A stretch of 64,000 bases of DNA from assembly GCA_016871855.1 (NCBI GenBank), contig VHBQ01000006.1:6103-70102 (forward strand), in the 5' to 3' direction. Numbering within the stretch: position 1 is the stretch's first letter; every line of letters begins with the position of its first letter. The translations under genes were made by a program, and so were the position numbers. Below the pieces are notes generated by a model. The model was not told where the DNA came from. It ran no database searches and worked only from the letters and a program-made list of their open reading frames with translations. Shown one piece after another: positions 47,272 to 57,472 of the stretch. The stretch comes from Gemmatimonadota bacterium. Its GTDB lineage: Bacteria > Gemmatimonadota > Gemmatimonadetes > Gemmatimonadales > Gemmatimonadaceae.

Positions 47272-48549
47272 GTGACCACCGCCACCACACCAACCGCGGG
47301 CAAGAAGCCGTTCATCGGTCCGACGCAGGCCATCGTCCTGGCGATGGCGATCGGCATTCTCCTCGGCTTTCTCTTCCCGTCCGCTGACTACCCTGGGCTG
47401 ACGACGTTCTTCAAGGCGGTGTCCTCGGTCTTCCTGCGGATGATCAAGTCGCTCATCGTCCCGCTGCTGTTCGCCACGCTCGTCGTGGGGATCGCCGGGC
47501 ACGGCGACGACATGAAAAAGGTGGGGCGGCTGGCGTTCCGTTCGATCGTCTACTTCGAGATCGTGACGACGCTGGCGCTGTTCCTCGGCCTCGCCGCGGT
47601 GAACCTGGTGAAGCCCGGCAGCGGCATTTCGCTCGCGACCGCCTCGGCGGAGAAGGGGAGCGCGTTCGCCCAGAGCCAGGTGACGTTCAGCAGCGTGATC
47701 GAGCACATGGTGCCGGCCTCCTTCTTCGACGCGGCGGCCAAGAACGAGGTGCTGCAGATCGTCTTCTTCGCCATCCTGTTTGCGGTGGGGCTCTCGCGCG
47801 TGCCGGGGAAGCCGAAGGAGTTCATGCTGCAGTTCTGCGAGTCGCTGAGCGAGGTGATGTTCAAGTTCACCGGGCTCGTGATGTCGTTCGCCCCGTGGGG
47901 CATCGGGGCGGCGATCGCGGTCACCGTGGGAACCAGCGGCGTCGCGGTGCTCAAGAGCCTGGGCCTGCTCATCGCGACCCTGTACGGCGCGCTCATCGTC
48001 TTTGTCGTGGCGGTGCTCATCCCAGTGGCGCTGCTGGCGCGCATTCCGGTCCGCCGCTTCTGGAGTTTCGTGAAGGAGCCGTGGCTGATCGCGTTCTCCA
48101 CCGCGTCGTCCGAGGCGGCGCTGCCGCGGGCCTTCGAGCAGATGGAGAAGTTCGGCGTGCCGAAGCGAATCGTCGCGTTCGTGCTCCCCACCGGCTATTC
48201 GTTCAACCTCGACGGCTCGACGCTCTACCTCGCCGTCGCGGCCGTCTTCGCGGCCCAGGCCGGGGGCATCGAGATGTCGTTCGGCCAGCAGCTGCTGATG
48301 ATGCTGACGCTCATGCTCACGTCCAAGGGCGTGGCCGGCGTGCCACGCGCGGCGCTCGTGATCCTCTCCGGCGCGCTGACGATGTTCGGGCTGCCGCTCG
48401 AGGCCGTCGCCGTGCTCCTCGGCGTGGACGCGATCCTCGACATGGCGCGCACGTCCATCAACGTCGTCGGCAACTGCCTGGCCACGGCGGTGATGGCGCG
48501 CTGGGAAGGGGAGTTCCCGGACACGCCACCGGCCGACGCGGCGGCGTGA
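47272..48549 (+). CDS. dicarboxylate/amino acid:cation symporter (DAACS, GltP/DctA-like)
   Basis: 425 aa. FLRMIKSLIVPLLFATLVVGIAG, SSEAALP and FNLDGSTLYLAVAAVFAAQ are DAACS family motifs. Confidence 0.88.
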   Translation: MTTATTPTAGKKPFIGPTQAIVLAMAIGILLGFLFPSADYPGLTTFFKAVSSVFLRMIKSLIVPLLFATLVVGIAGHGDDMKKVGRLAFRSIVYFEIVTTLALFLGLAAVNLVKPGSGISLATASAEKGSAFAQSQVTFSSVIEHMVPASFFDAAAKNEVLQIVFFAILFAVGLSRVPGKPKEFMLQFCESLSEVMFKFTGLVMSFAPWGIGAAIAVTVGTSGVAVLKSLGLLIATLYGALIVFVVAVLIPVALLARIPVRRFWSFVKEPWLIAFSTASSEAALPRAFEQMEKFGVPKRIVAFVLPTGYSFNLDGSTLYLAVAAVFAAQAGGIEMSFGQQLLMMLTLMLTSKGVAGVPRAALVILSGALTMFGLPLEAVAVLLGVDAILDMARTSINVVGNCLATAVMARWEGEFPDTPPADAAA

Positions 48550-48565
48550 CGCGCCGCCCTCGCGC

Positions 48566-51187
48566 GTGAGCCGCGAAGCGAGCCACTATCACCCGGACGA
48601 CCGCCTGCTGGTCGTCATCGGGACGGCCAGCGGCGCCTCTGTGGCGCTGGGGGCGTTGGCGTCGGCGAGCGGCACCGAGGGCGCCTCTTGGCTGATGGTG
48701 CTCGTGCAGGCGACGGTCGCGGCGCAGGGCGGCGCGGCGCTGCTCTGGCTCCTGCGATGGGCGCTGCGCTGGCTGGTGGGCCGGGTGACGTCGTCGCACG
48801 CGGTGCTCGACGCGTACCGGCGCGGCGACACGGCGACCTACGCCGTCTTCCTGCTCTCGCTCTCCACCGCGCTCGGCGTGCGACTGGTTGCGCCGCTGGT
48901 CGGACTGCTCCTCGCGCTGTTCGCGGTGGCGCAGTGGCGCGTCGTTCAGGGCGCGTTGGCTGCGCGCGCGGCGTCCGCCGCTGACGTCGCGCGGACGAGC
49001 CGCGACGTGGGCCGCGGCTTGGGAATGCTGGCCGCCGCCGCGCTTGGCGCGGCGGCGACGCTCCAAGGCTTTGCGTGGACGCGGATGCTGACGACACCGG
49101 TCGGCGGCGCGGACGGCATCGTCGCGCTCGCCGTGGCGGCGTTGCTCGTCGGCGCCGGCACCGGGGCCCTGGTCGGGCGATGGATGCGAGGCGCGCTCGG
49201 TGCGGGTCGTCGGGCGGCCTCCGTGGCGCTGCCGCTCGCCGCGGCGGCGTGGAGTGCGGCGAGTCTCGTCGTGGTGCCGGCCGCCGCAGCGGCGGCGGCG
49301 CGCGCGCCTGATGCGAGCGCGGCGCTCATCGGTCTCGCGGTGCTGGCCTTGCCGATGGCGGCGTTGGGCGCGTCGGTGGCGCTCATCGGCGGAGTGCTCT
49401 CGACGGTCAGGGAAGGTGATGCGCTTTTTGCCGAGGCGATCGCGCTGGTCGGGGCATCGGCGGCGAGCGTCCTCGCGGTCGATGTGCTGCTCGCGTTCGT
49501 CGGTGTGCGCGGCTTGGTCTGGACTGCGACCGCGCTTCTCGGGGCGGCGGCGCTGGCGGTCGTCGCCGCGTTGCTGCGTCTCGCGAAGCCGAACGAGCTG
49601 TCGCCCCTCGCGCCCGCCGCGACTCGTGGCGCCCTCACCACACGCGCCGCCGCCACGACCGCCGCGCTCGCCGGAGCGCTGCTCTCTAGCTACGGTCTGG
49701 TATGGGCGCGCATCCTCGGCGGCGCGAGCGGATATCGAGCGGACGCGGTGGATCACGCGTTGGCGGCCGTGTTGGCGGGCACCGGACTCGGCCTGCTCGC
49801 CAGCGGTGCGCTTCAGCGGCGGCTCGACGCCGGCCCAGTGCGTCTCGCGGCGCTCCTGATCGCCTCTGGCGGCGTGCTGTCCTACCTCGCGCTCCCGCTG
49901 GGGGCGGGCATGCTCGACGCATACCCCACGCTGGGGCGCGTGGTGCTGGCGGCGGCGGCGGCGGGCACGGCGTTTGTGGTGGCCGCGAGCATCCCGGCAT
50001 TCGCCGCCGGCGGGATGGCGCGTGACGCGGGGATGATGGGCGCCACGCTGCTCGGCGCCGCCGCTGGCGCGATGGGCACCGGGTGGCTGCTGCTCGATGC
50101 GGAGTCCGTGGAACACACGGCGCTTTTCCTGGCCATCACCGCGGTGGGCATCGCGCAGGGGCTGTGGCTGGCCGCGCCCGAGCGACGGCGACGGGCGGGC
50201 GTGACCGTCTTCTCGCTCGCAGCGCTCGCGGCGCTCGCTGGACATCGTTCGTTCTATGCGGGAGTGCTCGAACAGCTGCACTTCGGACCGAAGGCCGCGG
50301 AGCGCCAGTACGTGACCGTCGTGCAGGGACGCGACGGGGTGGTGGGAACGACGGCGGAGGGGCATGCCTACGCCGACGGCCTGTACCTCGGGACCTACCG
50401 CGTGGACGTGACGGGTAGCCGTGGCCTGGCCGACGGCGCGCTGGTCGTGCCGGCATTGCACCGCGCGCCGCGGCGCGTGCTGCTGCTTGGCCTCGGCACG
50501 GGGACGACGGCGTGGTCGCTCGCCCGATTGCCGGGCCTCGAGACGCTGACCATTGTGGAACCGAACGCGCGCGTCCTCGACGCGCTGTGGCGGCACCGCG
50601 ACGTCGCCACGGTGCTGGAGCATCCCAAGGTGCGGCTCCATGTGGCGGATCCGCGGCGCTGGATGCAGCGGCATGCCGACGGTCGCTACGACGTTATTGT
50701 CGCCGACGGGCCATGGCACTGGCGCTCAGGCGCGACGCGCCTCGTCTCCGCGGAGTTCCAGCAGCTCGTCAAGCAGCGTCTCGCGCCGGGCGGGATGGCG
50801 TACCTCGACGCCTCCGGGTCGCTCGACGTGCTTTACACCGCGTCGGGTGTCTGGCGACATGTCGTGCGCGTGGGCGCGCGCGTGGCGGCGAGCGATGAGA
50901 CGCTCGACCGGACACCGGCCGAGCGTCAGGCCGCGCTCCTGGGCCTGGGTGGTGACGACGGCGAGCCGTGGGTGCGTGGACCGGACGCGGCGTCCACGAG
51001 TGCGCAGGCGCTTGCCGATGTCAGCGGCGACCTCGCGCCGGCTCTTCGGCGAGCGAATGACCTGTGGAACATCACCGACGATAACCTCGCCGCGGAGTTC
51101 AAGGCGACCGGGGCGGGCGCCTGGTGGCGCACGCTGCCTTCCCGCGTCTGGCGCCCGGACCGCGCATGGCCGACGGTGCTCTTCTGA
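48566..51187 (+). CDS. large polytopic membrane protein fused to a spermidine-synthase-like (class I methyltransferase-fold) C-terminal domain
   Basis: 873 aa from a GTG start. About 600 aa of Ala/Leu/Gly-rich TM helices are followed by RVLLLGLGTGTTAWSL...TIVEPNARV...RLHVADPRRWM...YDVIVADGP, which resembles the SpeE-type fold. Confidence 0.65.
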   Translation: MSREASHYHPDDRLLVVIGTASGASVALGALASASGTEGASWLMVLVQATVAAQGGAALLWLLRWALRWLVGRVTSSHAVLDAYRRGDTATYAVFLLSLSTALGVRLVAPLVGLLLALFAVAQWRVVQGALAARAASAADVARTSRDVGRGLGMLAAAALGAAATLQGFAWTRMLTTPVGGADGIVALAVAALLVGAGTGALVGRWMRGALGAGRRAASVALPLAAAAWSAASLVVVPAAAAAAARAPDASAALIGLAVLALPMAALGASVALIGGVLSTVREGDALFAEAIALVGASAASVLAVDVLLAFVGVRGLVWTATALLGAAALAVVAALLRLAKPNELSPLAPAATRGALTTRAAATTAALAGALLSSYGLVWARILGGASGYRADAVDHALAAVLAGTGLGLLASGALQRRLDAGPVRLAALLIASGGVLSYLALPLGAGMLDAYPTLGRVVLAAAAAGTAFVVAASIPAFAAGGMARDAGMMGATLLGAAAGAMGTGWLLLDAESVEHTALFLAITAVGIAQGLWLAAPERRRRAGVTVFSLAALAALAGHRSFYAGVLEQLHFGPKAAERQYVTVVQGRDGVVGTTAEGHAYADGLYLGTYRVDVTGSRGLADGALVVPALHRAPRRVLLLGLGTGTTAWSLARLPGLETLTIVEPNARVLDALWRHRDVATVLEHPKVRLHVADPRRWMQRHADGRYDVIVADGPWHWRSGATRLVSAEFQQLVKQRLAPGGMAYLDASGSLDVLYTASGVWRHVVRVGARVAASDETLDRTPAERQAALLGLGGDDGEPWVRGPDAASTSAQALADVSGDLAPALRRANDLWNITDDNLAAEFKATGAGAWWRTLPSRVWRPDRAWPTVLF

Positions 51188-53553
51188 CCGCGCCGGCAGC
51201 GACGCCGTCTGCCGTTCCAGCGGCGCGCGAACACCGCGCGCGCGAGTCGCGGTGGCACTTGGCCGTGGATGTCGCGCTCCTCGTCTTTCTCTTCACGACG
51301 ATGGTGCAGGGGCAGCTGTACCTGCGATACGTGGCCCCCACCGCCGAGGCGGAGCGATCGACCGCGGCGTTCCTTGCCGCGCTGCCGTTCCTGCAATGGC
51401 AGACACTCGTGGCCGCGCTCGTGCTCGGCGCCGTGGTCTTCGCCGCCGCGCGGCGGCGGGCGTGGGCGCTCGCGGCGTGGCTCCTGGTCACGCTCGTCCT
51501 CGTGCTCGTCACGTTCGACCAGCTGACCTTCAAGCGCTTCCACGATCACCTCTCCATCGCACAGACGGACGGCGGCCTGCTCGATCTCGGCGTCGCCATT
51601 CCGCGACTGCTCGGATCGGCGGCAAGCGACGCCGACTGGATGACGTACGTCAACTTCGCGATGCTCGCGCCGCTGCTTGGGGCGCTGTGGCGCCGTCTGG
51701 TGCGACGCGAAGACGTTCCGCCGCGACGCGCGCTGCGCGCCACGCCATGGCTCGTGGCGCTCGGCGCCTACGCCGCGCTGGCCGTTCCGGTGGTGCGCAA
51801 TGTGCGTGAGCGGCACGAGCTCGACCGGTTTCCGCTGAGCGCCATCCTCTGGACGCCACCCGACGCGGTCGCGGTGCCCACCGTGCCTCTCCCGGCCGGC
51901 CCGGAGCTGTACCGCCTGCGCGATGAGACGTGGCGTCCCGATCCTGCCTCCGACAGCGCCACGCTCGCGCGCGCCAACGCCCTGCGCGGGACGCGGCGGC
52001 GCAACGTCGTGTTCATCGTGCTCGAGTCGGTCGGCGCGCACCAGTTGCTGCCGACTGGCCGGCCCGATCCCGTGCGCACGCCCGTCTTCGCCCGTCTCGC
52101 GGAAGACGCGCTCATCTTCCCCGACGTATACGGTATCTATCCCGCGACGACGCGCGCGCATGTGCCGATCATGACCGGTGGGCGGGCGATCACGTGGGGA
52201 AGCGTCGGCGACGAGCTGACACTGCCCTTGCGGGCGCCGACGCTGGTCGGCGCGCTGCGCGACGCCGGCTATCGCACCGGCTTGTTCGCGGCCCCAGACC
52301 TGCGCTTCGGCTACGTGCGGGAGTTTTACCTCACGATGCCGTGGGACACGGTGGTGCACCATCGTGATGGCACGCCGACCTTCGATCCGGCGCAGGAGGT
52401 GCATTCGTGGGGCGTCAATGAGGACGCTGTGCGAGCCCCGGCGCTGCAGTGGCTCGCGCAGGGCGCGAACTCCGGGAAGCCCTTCTTCCTCACCGTGCAC
52501 ACCATCGCGACGCACCACCCGTACGGCACGTGGGGCGGACATCGCGGTCCCGCGCGCGGTGAGGACGACGCGTCGCGCTACGCCAACGCCCTGCACTACA
52601 CCGACGCAGCCATTGGGCGTCTCCTCGACGACCTGCGAGCGCGCGGCCTGCTCGATGAGACGCTCGTGGTCGTCACGGGCGACCACGGCGAGGCCTTCGC
52701 CGACCTGCACGAGGACAACTGGGTGCACCGCAACCGGCTTTACGACGAGAACATGCGGAACTTCCTCTTCGTCGCGGCGCCAGGACTTGGTGGCGGACCG
52801 GTGGTCTCGCATCGGCTCGGCCAGCACGGGGACGTGATGCCCACGCTGCTCTCGCTGCTTGGCCTGCCCGCGGCCGACGTCCCCGGCCTCGACCTGACGA
52901 CCGCGGGCTTTGAGCCGCGGATCGTCTACTTCCACAAGGACGCCCGACCGGCGCAGTTCGGCCTGCGCGACGGGCGCTGGAAGTACATCGCGCAGTTGGA
53001 CGGCCGTCTGCCCGAGCTCTACGACATGTCGCGCGATCCCACCGAGCAGCACAATGTGGCCGCGCGCCACTTGGATCGCGTCCGCACGTATCGCGAGTTG
53101 GCCGCCAACTGGTACGTGTCGGCGAACTACGAGTACTCGCGGCGGCTCGTCGGCTTTGACACGACGCGTCGGCGCATAGTGACGATCGCCAACTACGCGC
53201 GGCCGGAACCGCCCGAGCTGCGGGTCGGGCACTTCACGCGCGGCGAGGGCGGGGGCTTCGTCGAGACGCCCGTGATGGCGCCCAACGCGCCCGTGTACGT
53301 GTGGAGCCGCTGGAACTTCCTGCCGGACGACATCACGGTGCGGATCCGCCTCGTGTCGCCGCGGCGGGCGGTCTACGAGTACGACTTCCACGTCTCCGCC
53401 GACTGGGAGATAGGGTGGTATCATCCCGGCATTGATGACGCCAAGGAAGAGGGCGTGTGGGAGGTCAGCATCTGGACGCAAGGCGATCGGCTGGCGACCG
53501 AGCGCTTCGAGGTGCGGCGCTCGGCGGTGCCGGCGCTGCGTGATGCGCGGTAG
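51166..53553 (+). CDS. membrane-anchored sulfatase / LTA-synthase-like (alkaline phosphatase superfamily) protein
   Basis: N-terminal TM helices are followed by NVVFIVLESVGAHQL, HTIATHHPYG and VVTGDHGEAF, which are motifs of phosphoglycerol/phosphoethanolamine-transferase-like sulfatase-fold enzymes. The alternative start ATG 51124 would overlap the upstream gene by 64 nt. Confidence 0.75.
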   Translation: MADGALLTAPAATPSAVPAAREHRARESRWHLAVDVALLVFLFTTMVQGQLYLRYVAPTAEAERSTAAFLAALPFLQWQTLVAALVLGAVVFAAARRRAWALAAWLLVTLVLVLVTFDQLTFKRFHDHLSIAQTDGGLLDLGVAIPRLLGSAASDADWMTYVNFAMLAPLLGALWRRLVRREDVPPRRALRATPWLVALGAYAALAVPVVRNVRERHELDRFPLSAILWTPPDAVAVPTVPLPAGPELYRLRDETWRPDPASDSATLARANALRGTRRRNVVFIVLESVGAHQLLPTGRPDPVRTPVFARLAEDALIFPDVYGIYPATTRAHVPIMTGGRAITWGSVGDELTLPLRAPTLVGALRDAGYRTGLFAAPDLRFGYVREFYLTMPWDTVVHHRDGTPTFDPAQEVHSWGVNEDAVRAPALQWLAQGANSGKPFFLTVHTIATHHPYGTWGGHRGPARGEDDASRYANALHYTDAAIGRLLDDLRARGLLDETLVVVTGDHGEAFADLHEDNWVHRNRLYDENMRNFLFVAAPGLGGGPVVSHRLGQHGDVMPTLLSLLGLPAADVPGLDLTTAGFEPRIVYFHKDARPAQFGLRDGRWKYIAQLDGRLPELYDMSRDPTEQHNVAARHLDRVRTYRELAANWYVSANYEYSRRLVGFDTTRRRIVTIANYARPEPPELRVGHFTRGEGGGFVETPVMAPNAPVYVWSRWNFLPDDITVRIRLVSPRRAVYEYDFHVSADWEIGWYHPGIDDAKEEGVWEVSIWTQGDRLATERFEVRRSAVPALRDAR

Positions 53554-53637
53554 CCGCTGGTCGTCCCCAGGGTGACGCGCGCCGCGCTGGTCTGCGTTAG
53601 ATTCCTTCGGTTCGATCCGCTTCCCTGGGAGAACCCC

Positions 53638-54048
53638 GTGTCCCTTTCCGCTCGCGCCTGTCGCTCGCTCGCCGCACTCGTGTGCGGGGGGCTCGCGGCT
53701 GGATGCGCCCCGGAGCGGGTGCCTGGTTCGACGCTCTCCCAAGGGGATGCGGGGATCGCCTTCCACCGCGAGTTGGCGAGCGTCCGGGGCGCCGGAGCGC
53801 CACGGCACGGCCCCGGCGGCGCCTCCGGTGCGTCGTACGGCGGCGGCTCGTCGAGTGCCACCGCGGTGCGCTCGCTCGGGAACGACATGCCCGACCTGCA
53901 CCTTGGCGCCCAGGCGTGTGCGTGGGCTGTCGTCGCGGCGGTGCCGGGGAGCGTGGAAGCGGCGCCTTCGCCCGTCGAGCGCGCCAAGGGTGCGCCCGGC
54001 GACGAAGGGACGGTGCCCTCGTGCGGAGCGCCCGCCGAGACGCGGTAG
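53638..54048 (+). CDS. hypothetical small lipoprotein
   Basis: In-frame GTG gives VSLSARACRSLAALVCGGLAAGC (lipobox LAAGC). Third codon positions are overwhelmingly G/C in this frame. No recognisable family. Confidence 0.4.
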   Translation: MSLSARACRSLAALVCGGLAAGCAPERVPGSTLSQGDAGIAFHRELASVRGAGAPRHGPGGASGASYGGGSSSATAVRSLGNDMPDLHLGAQACAWAVVAAVPGSVEAAPSPVERAKGAPGDEGTVPSCGAPAETR

Positions 54049-54116
54049 ACGCCGCAGGCGCGCAATGAAACGAGGCGACGGCATTGCCGTCGCCTCGCGC
54101 CTTTCCTGCATGATGC

Positions 54117-55061
54117 CTAACGGTCGGGGAGCAGCCCGCTCAGCCAGTGCATCACGTTGAGGAGGAACTGCGCATTCTGCGGCGCGGTGGGATCGTTCAT
54201 GCCCATCGGGTTCCGCTGCGCGCCCGCCAACTGAGCAGAGAACATCGCCGCCTCGCCGAACACCGCGACGCGTCCCTTGCCGAACCGGATGGCCGCGCCC
54301 TGCAGCAGTCCGGCGCCCGGCACGACCGGCGTGGAATCGCTGAACTGCCACGCGACGCGCGGTTCGAGGACGATCGTACCTGCGGCCAGCGTCATCAGCG
54401 GCTGGCCCGGCGCCGCCACGCGAAACGCCTGTCCCGTGAACGCCACCACGCTGTCCACACGCTCGGCCGGCGAGCGTCCCTCGGTGATCGGGTGTGAGGC
54501 GAGGCGGCCGCCAGTCCGCGTGAAGGTGAATCGGCTGACGGTGCGCGTCGAGTCGTAGGCGAAGCCGTTGCGCATCTGCACGCCGAACGCCTCGCCGAGG
54601 GCGCTGGCGGCCCCCGGGAAGGGCATGTGGTCGGCGATGAGCAGCAGCGATCCGCCGTCGCGAACCCAGTCGCGCACGGCGGCGATCTCGTCCGGGGTAA
54701 AGGCCGACGGCGTCGGCAGCGTCCAGTTCCCAGCGTTGCTGGAGTGCAGTGCGTTGGCGATCACGAGCACGGACGCACCGGCGAGCGCAGGCGCCGAGAG
54801 GGCGGAGCGGTTCGACCGCACCGCATAGCCATCTTGCCGCAGCACTCGGCCGAAGGTCAGATAGCGTCCGTCGAGCGTATGGAAGTTCGTGTGTGCCTCG
54901 TCGAGCAGCACCACGGGACCGCCGGCCGGATACGCGGGCGACGTGATCGGCGCGCGAAAGGCCGAGTCGGCCACCTGCTGGGCGCGGACGGGGAGCGCGG
55001 CCGGCCCCGCCGCCAGCAGCGGCAGGGCGGCCCATCCAAACTGAATCGTGCGCCGCTTCAT
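54117..55061 (-). CDS. secreted hypothetical protein (DUF4350-like, glutamine-amidotransferase-like fold suspected)
   Basis: Start at the internal ATG gives signal peptide MKRRTIQFGWAALPLLAAGPAALPVRAQ. VVLLDEAHTNFHT...VLVIANAL...VRDGGSLLLIADH resembles DUF4350 proteins. There is a 4-nt ATGA overlap with the upstream peptidase gene. Confidence 0.5.
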   Translation of the reverse strand: MKRRTIQFGWAALPLLAAGPAALPVRAQQVADSAFRAPITSPAYPAGGPVVLLDEAHTNFHTLDGRYLTFGRVLRQDGYAVRSNRSALSAPALAGASVLVIANALHSSNAGNWTLPTPSAFTPDEIAAVRDWVRDGGSLLLIADHMPFPGAASALGEAFGVQMRNGFAYDSTRTVSRFTFTRTGGRLASHPITEGRSPAERVDSVVAFTGQAFRVAAPGQPLMTLAAGTIVLEPRVAWQFSDSTPVVPGAGLLQGAAIRFGKGRVAVFGEAAMFSAQLAGAQRNPMGMNDPTAPQNAQFLLNVMHWLSGLLPDR

Positions 55062-57364
55062 TTGGCCATCGAGGGCGGCGTCTCCTTGTTCCACACGAAT
55101 CGCTTCAGGAAGCGATCGGTGCGCTCCCACGTGTCCACCCAGATGCGGTGCAGCATGGACTCGTGCAGGTCATCCGGCACGATGATCATCTCGTGGTAGA
55201 TGTCGCGGGCGCGCAGCAGCTGCACCAGCCCGACCGTCTGCGCGAAGTCCACGTTGCGGTCGTCATCACCGTGCACGAGGAGAACCGGGGATCGCCACGT
55301 GTCGATCGCGCCGATGGCCGACGACTTGAAGGCGAGCGCCGCGGTGTCCACCGACGTGCCGTACAGGTGCACGCCGGCGTAGTCCACGCCGGCGACGAAG
55401 ATGTCGCTGTTGCGGGCGAGCGCCTGCGCAGTGAGCAGGCCGCCGTACGAGAGGCCCCAGATGCCGACGCGCGCCGGATCCACGTCGTCGCGCCCCTGCA
55501 GGTACTTGCCGCCGGCGACGACGTCCTGATACTCGCTGTTGCCGGCGGCCATCGCGTTGGGCGCGTTCTGGAACGAGCGGCCGTATCCGATGCCGCGCCG
55601 GTAGTTGATGGAGAGCACCACGTAGCCCTGCGCCGCCAGCCACTGGTTGTAGGCGTACGCCCAGTGGTAGAACTCCATGTAGTGGTATGCCGGCAGCATC
55701 TGGCGCATGGGGCCGCCGTGTACGAACACCAGCGCCGGACGACGATCCCCTGGCTTGAGATCCTTGGGCAGGAAGAGCTGGTTGCTGATCGCCTGCCCGT
55801 CGGCCGCCTTCGTCCACACGATTTGCGGCTTCACGTGCGCGTCGCGCGGGAAGTCCTTGCCGAGCGTGGGGTAGATGAGGCGCGCCTGATTGGCGCCGCT
55901 GGCCACGAGCCCCACTGACGCCGGGGTGTTCCAGTCGAAGTACAGCACCGCCAGCCCCTTTCCTGAGGGCAAGGGCACGGGCGACGTCTCGACCCCTTCG
56001 CCGGTGGTGATCTGTTGCGGTGTACCGCCGCGCACCGGCACCGCCCAGATGTGGCGCCGCTCGATGTCCTTGGCGTTCGTCGCGTAGTACAGCGTCTTGC
56101 CGTCGGCGGAGAGGGCGGCGGAGCCGGCGCCTTCGATCAGACCGTCGGTCGTCGTCAGCAGGACAGGATCCTTGGCCGGGGCTGTCAGGCTGATGGAGAA
56201 CCACCGGTCCCAATCGTCGTTCGGCACGACCGCCGGGAAGACGACGTGGCCGTCGGCAGCGCGCATCCCGTTGAGCGTCGTGAACGTCCGCTCGCCGGGC
56301 TGGTTGCGCCAGAGTTCGCGGGCGATGCGCGTGCTGACGTCGGCGACCATCACCTGCAGTGAGTGACCGCCGGCGAAACGCGCGACGAAGAACCCCGGAC
56401 GCGACGCCGCCTGCGGGTTGAAGACGGGCGCTGCACCGCGGCCGCCGCCCCCGCCGCCGAAGCCGAATCCGCCGCCGCACGGCGGGCCAAACCCGCCGTT
56501 GCGCAGTCGGGCCAGCGCCTGCGTGATGCTCGTCGGCGAGCCCGCCGACTGCCCGACGCCCATGCCGTCTGCATTCTGCGCCCCGAATGGCGTCCCCGGG
56601 CGGCGCGTGAAGACGATCTGCTTCGAATCCGGAGTCCACACGGGGTTGCCATCGCAGTCCACGCTCGGGTCCAGGTACGCCAGCGTGCGCGACTTCACAT
56701 CGTAGACGGCGATGAAGGCGTGATTCTCGCGATCGCTCACGAAGGCGATCTTGCGGCCGTCGGGCGACCACTGCGGGTTGCTCTGCCGGCCCCACGCCTT
56801 GATGAATGGTCTCTCGCCGCGGTCCATCGCCGAGCCCGGTGACACCGGGAAGACCGGCGCACGATAGATCTGGCCGTCCTGCACGTAGAGCACGGCCTTG
56901 CCGTCCGGCGACAGCACCGGCGCGCCGCCCACGGCGACCTTCCACGGCGCGCCGCCGCCTGTGGTGCGCACGGCCCAGATGGCGCGTTCTGGGCCGTCGG
57001 GGTCGTGCGACGGGTTCGCCACCCAGTCACGGTTGTTCGGCGCGGATCCGCGAATGAAGACGGCGATCGTCCCGTCGTTGGACAGCGAGATGTTCGAGAT
57101 GTCGAGCCCATCGTCCTTGGTGAACCGCGTCAGGTTCACCGGCCTCCACGTCGGCGCCGCCGCCGTGAACACATTGCGCATCCCCTTCTCATACGTCTTC
57201 CATGCCACGCGGTCGGCTTTCGCCGCGCTGGTGAGCGTCAGGGGCGATGCGACGTTGAAATAGGGCTCGAACTTGGTGTTCGTCAGCAGGTCGGTGCGCT
57301 GCGCGGTCACGGGGGCGGCGCACAGGAAAGCCACGGCGAGCGGCCAGCGGCAGAGACGCGTCAT
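55058..57364 (-). CDS. S9-family serine peptidase (prolyl oligopeptidase/dipeptidyl peptidase type) with N-terminal beta-propeller
   Basis: 768 aa with a signal peptide and TolB-like propeller repeats (SPDGK...). The catalytic Ser is in IWGLSYGGLL, with the Asp region LVHGDDDRNV and His in PDDLHES. Confidence 0.88.
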   Translation of the reverse strand: MTRLCRWPLAVAFLCAAPVTAQRTDLLTNTKFEPYFNVASPLTLTSAAKADRVAWKTYEKGMRNVFTAAAPTWRPVNLTRFTKDDGLDISNISLSNDGTIAVFIRGSAPNNRDWVANPSHDPDGPERAIWAVRTTGGGAPWKVAVGGAPVLSPDGKAVLYVQDGQIYRAPVFPVSPGSAMDRGERPFIKAWGRQSNPQWSPDGRKIAFVSDRENHAFIAVYDVKSRTLAYLDPSVDCDGNPVWTPDSKQIVFTRRPGTPFGAQNADGMGVGQSAGSPTSITQALARLRNGGFGPPCGGGFGFGGGGGGRGAAPVFNPQAASRPGFFVARFAGGHSLQVMVADVSTRIARELWRNQPGERTFTTLNGMRAADGHVVFPAVVPNDDWDRWFSISLTAPAKDPVLLTTTDGLIEGAGSAALSADGKTLYYATNAKDIERRHIWAVPVRGGTPQQITTGEGVETSPVPLPSGKGLAVLYFDWNTPASVGLVASGANQARLIYPTLGKDFPRDAHVKPQIVWTKAADGQAISNQLFLPKDLKPGDRRPALVFVHGGPMRQMLPAYHYMEFYHWAYAYNQWLAAQGYVVLSINYRRGIGYGRSFQNAPNAMAAGNSEYQDVVAGGKYLQGRDDVDPARVGIWGLSYGGLLTAQALARNSDIFVAGVDYAGVHLYGTSVDTAALAFKSSAIGAIDTWRSPVLLVHGDDDRNVDFAQTVGLVQLLRARDIYHEMIIVPDDLHESMLHRIWVDTWERTDRFLKRFVWNKETPPSMAK

Positions 57365-57472
57365 ACGGCCTCGAAGTCAGCGGGGGCGGGAAACCGGCGA
57401 ACTCGGTCCCAGAATGTACGAATCTCCGGCGCGCCGCGTTGGCACGCCGGAGATCACCGCCTGCCAACGCGA

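Noticed and set aside
43671-50719. Series of 740-750-aa minus-strand ORFs (43671-45896, 45472-47706, 48458-50719) opposite the transporter genes.
   Set aside because: All are antisense to well-supported permease or membrane genes and encode highly charged Arg/Asp/His/Glu-rich nonsense. The same reasoning applies to 471-1850, 19853-21397, 23561-24967, 25093-26664, 34623-35987, 36616-38553 and 38447-40324.
50926-55035. 1369-aa minus-strand ORF spanning the sulfatase-like gene and its neighbours.
   Set aside because: It crosses several independently supported genes on both strands. It has no recognisable motifs and an extreme Arg/Ala/Gly/Pro composition, so it is a GC-driven shadow ORF.
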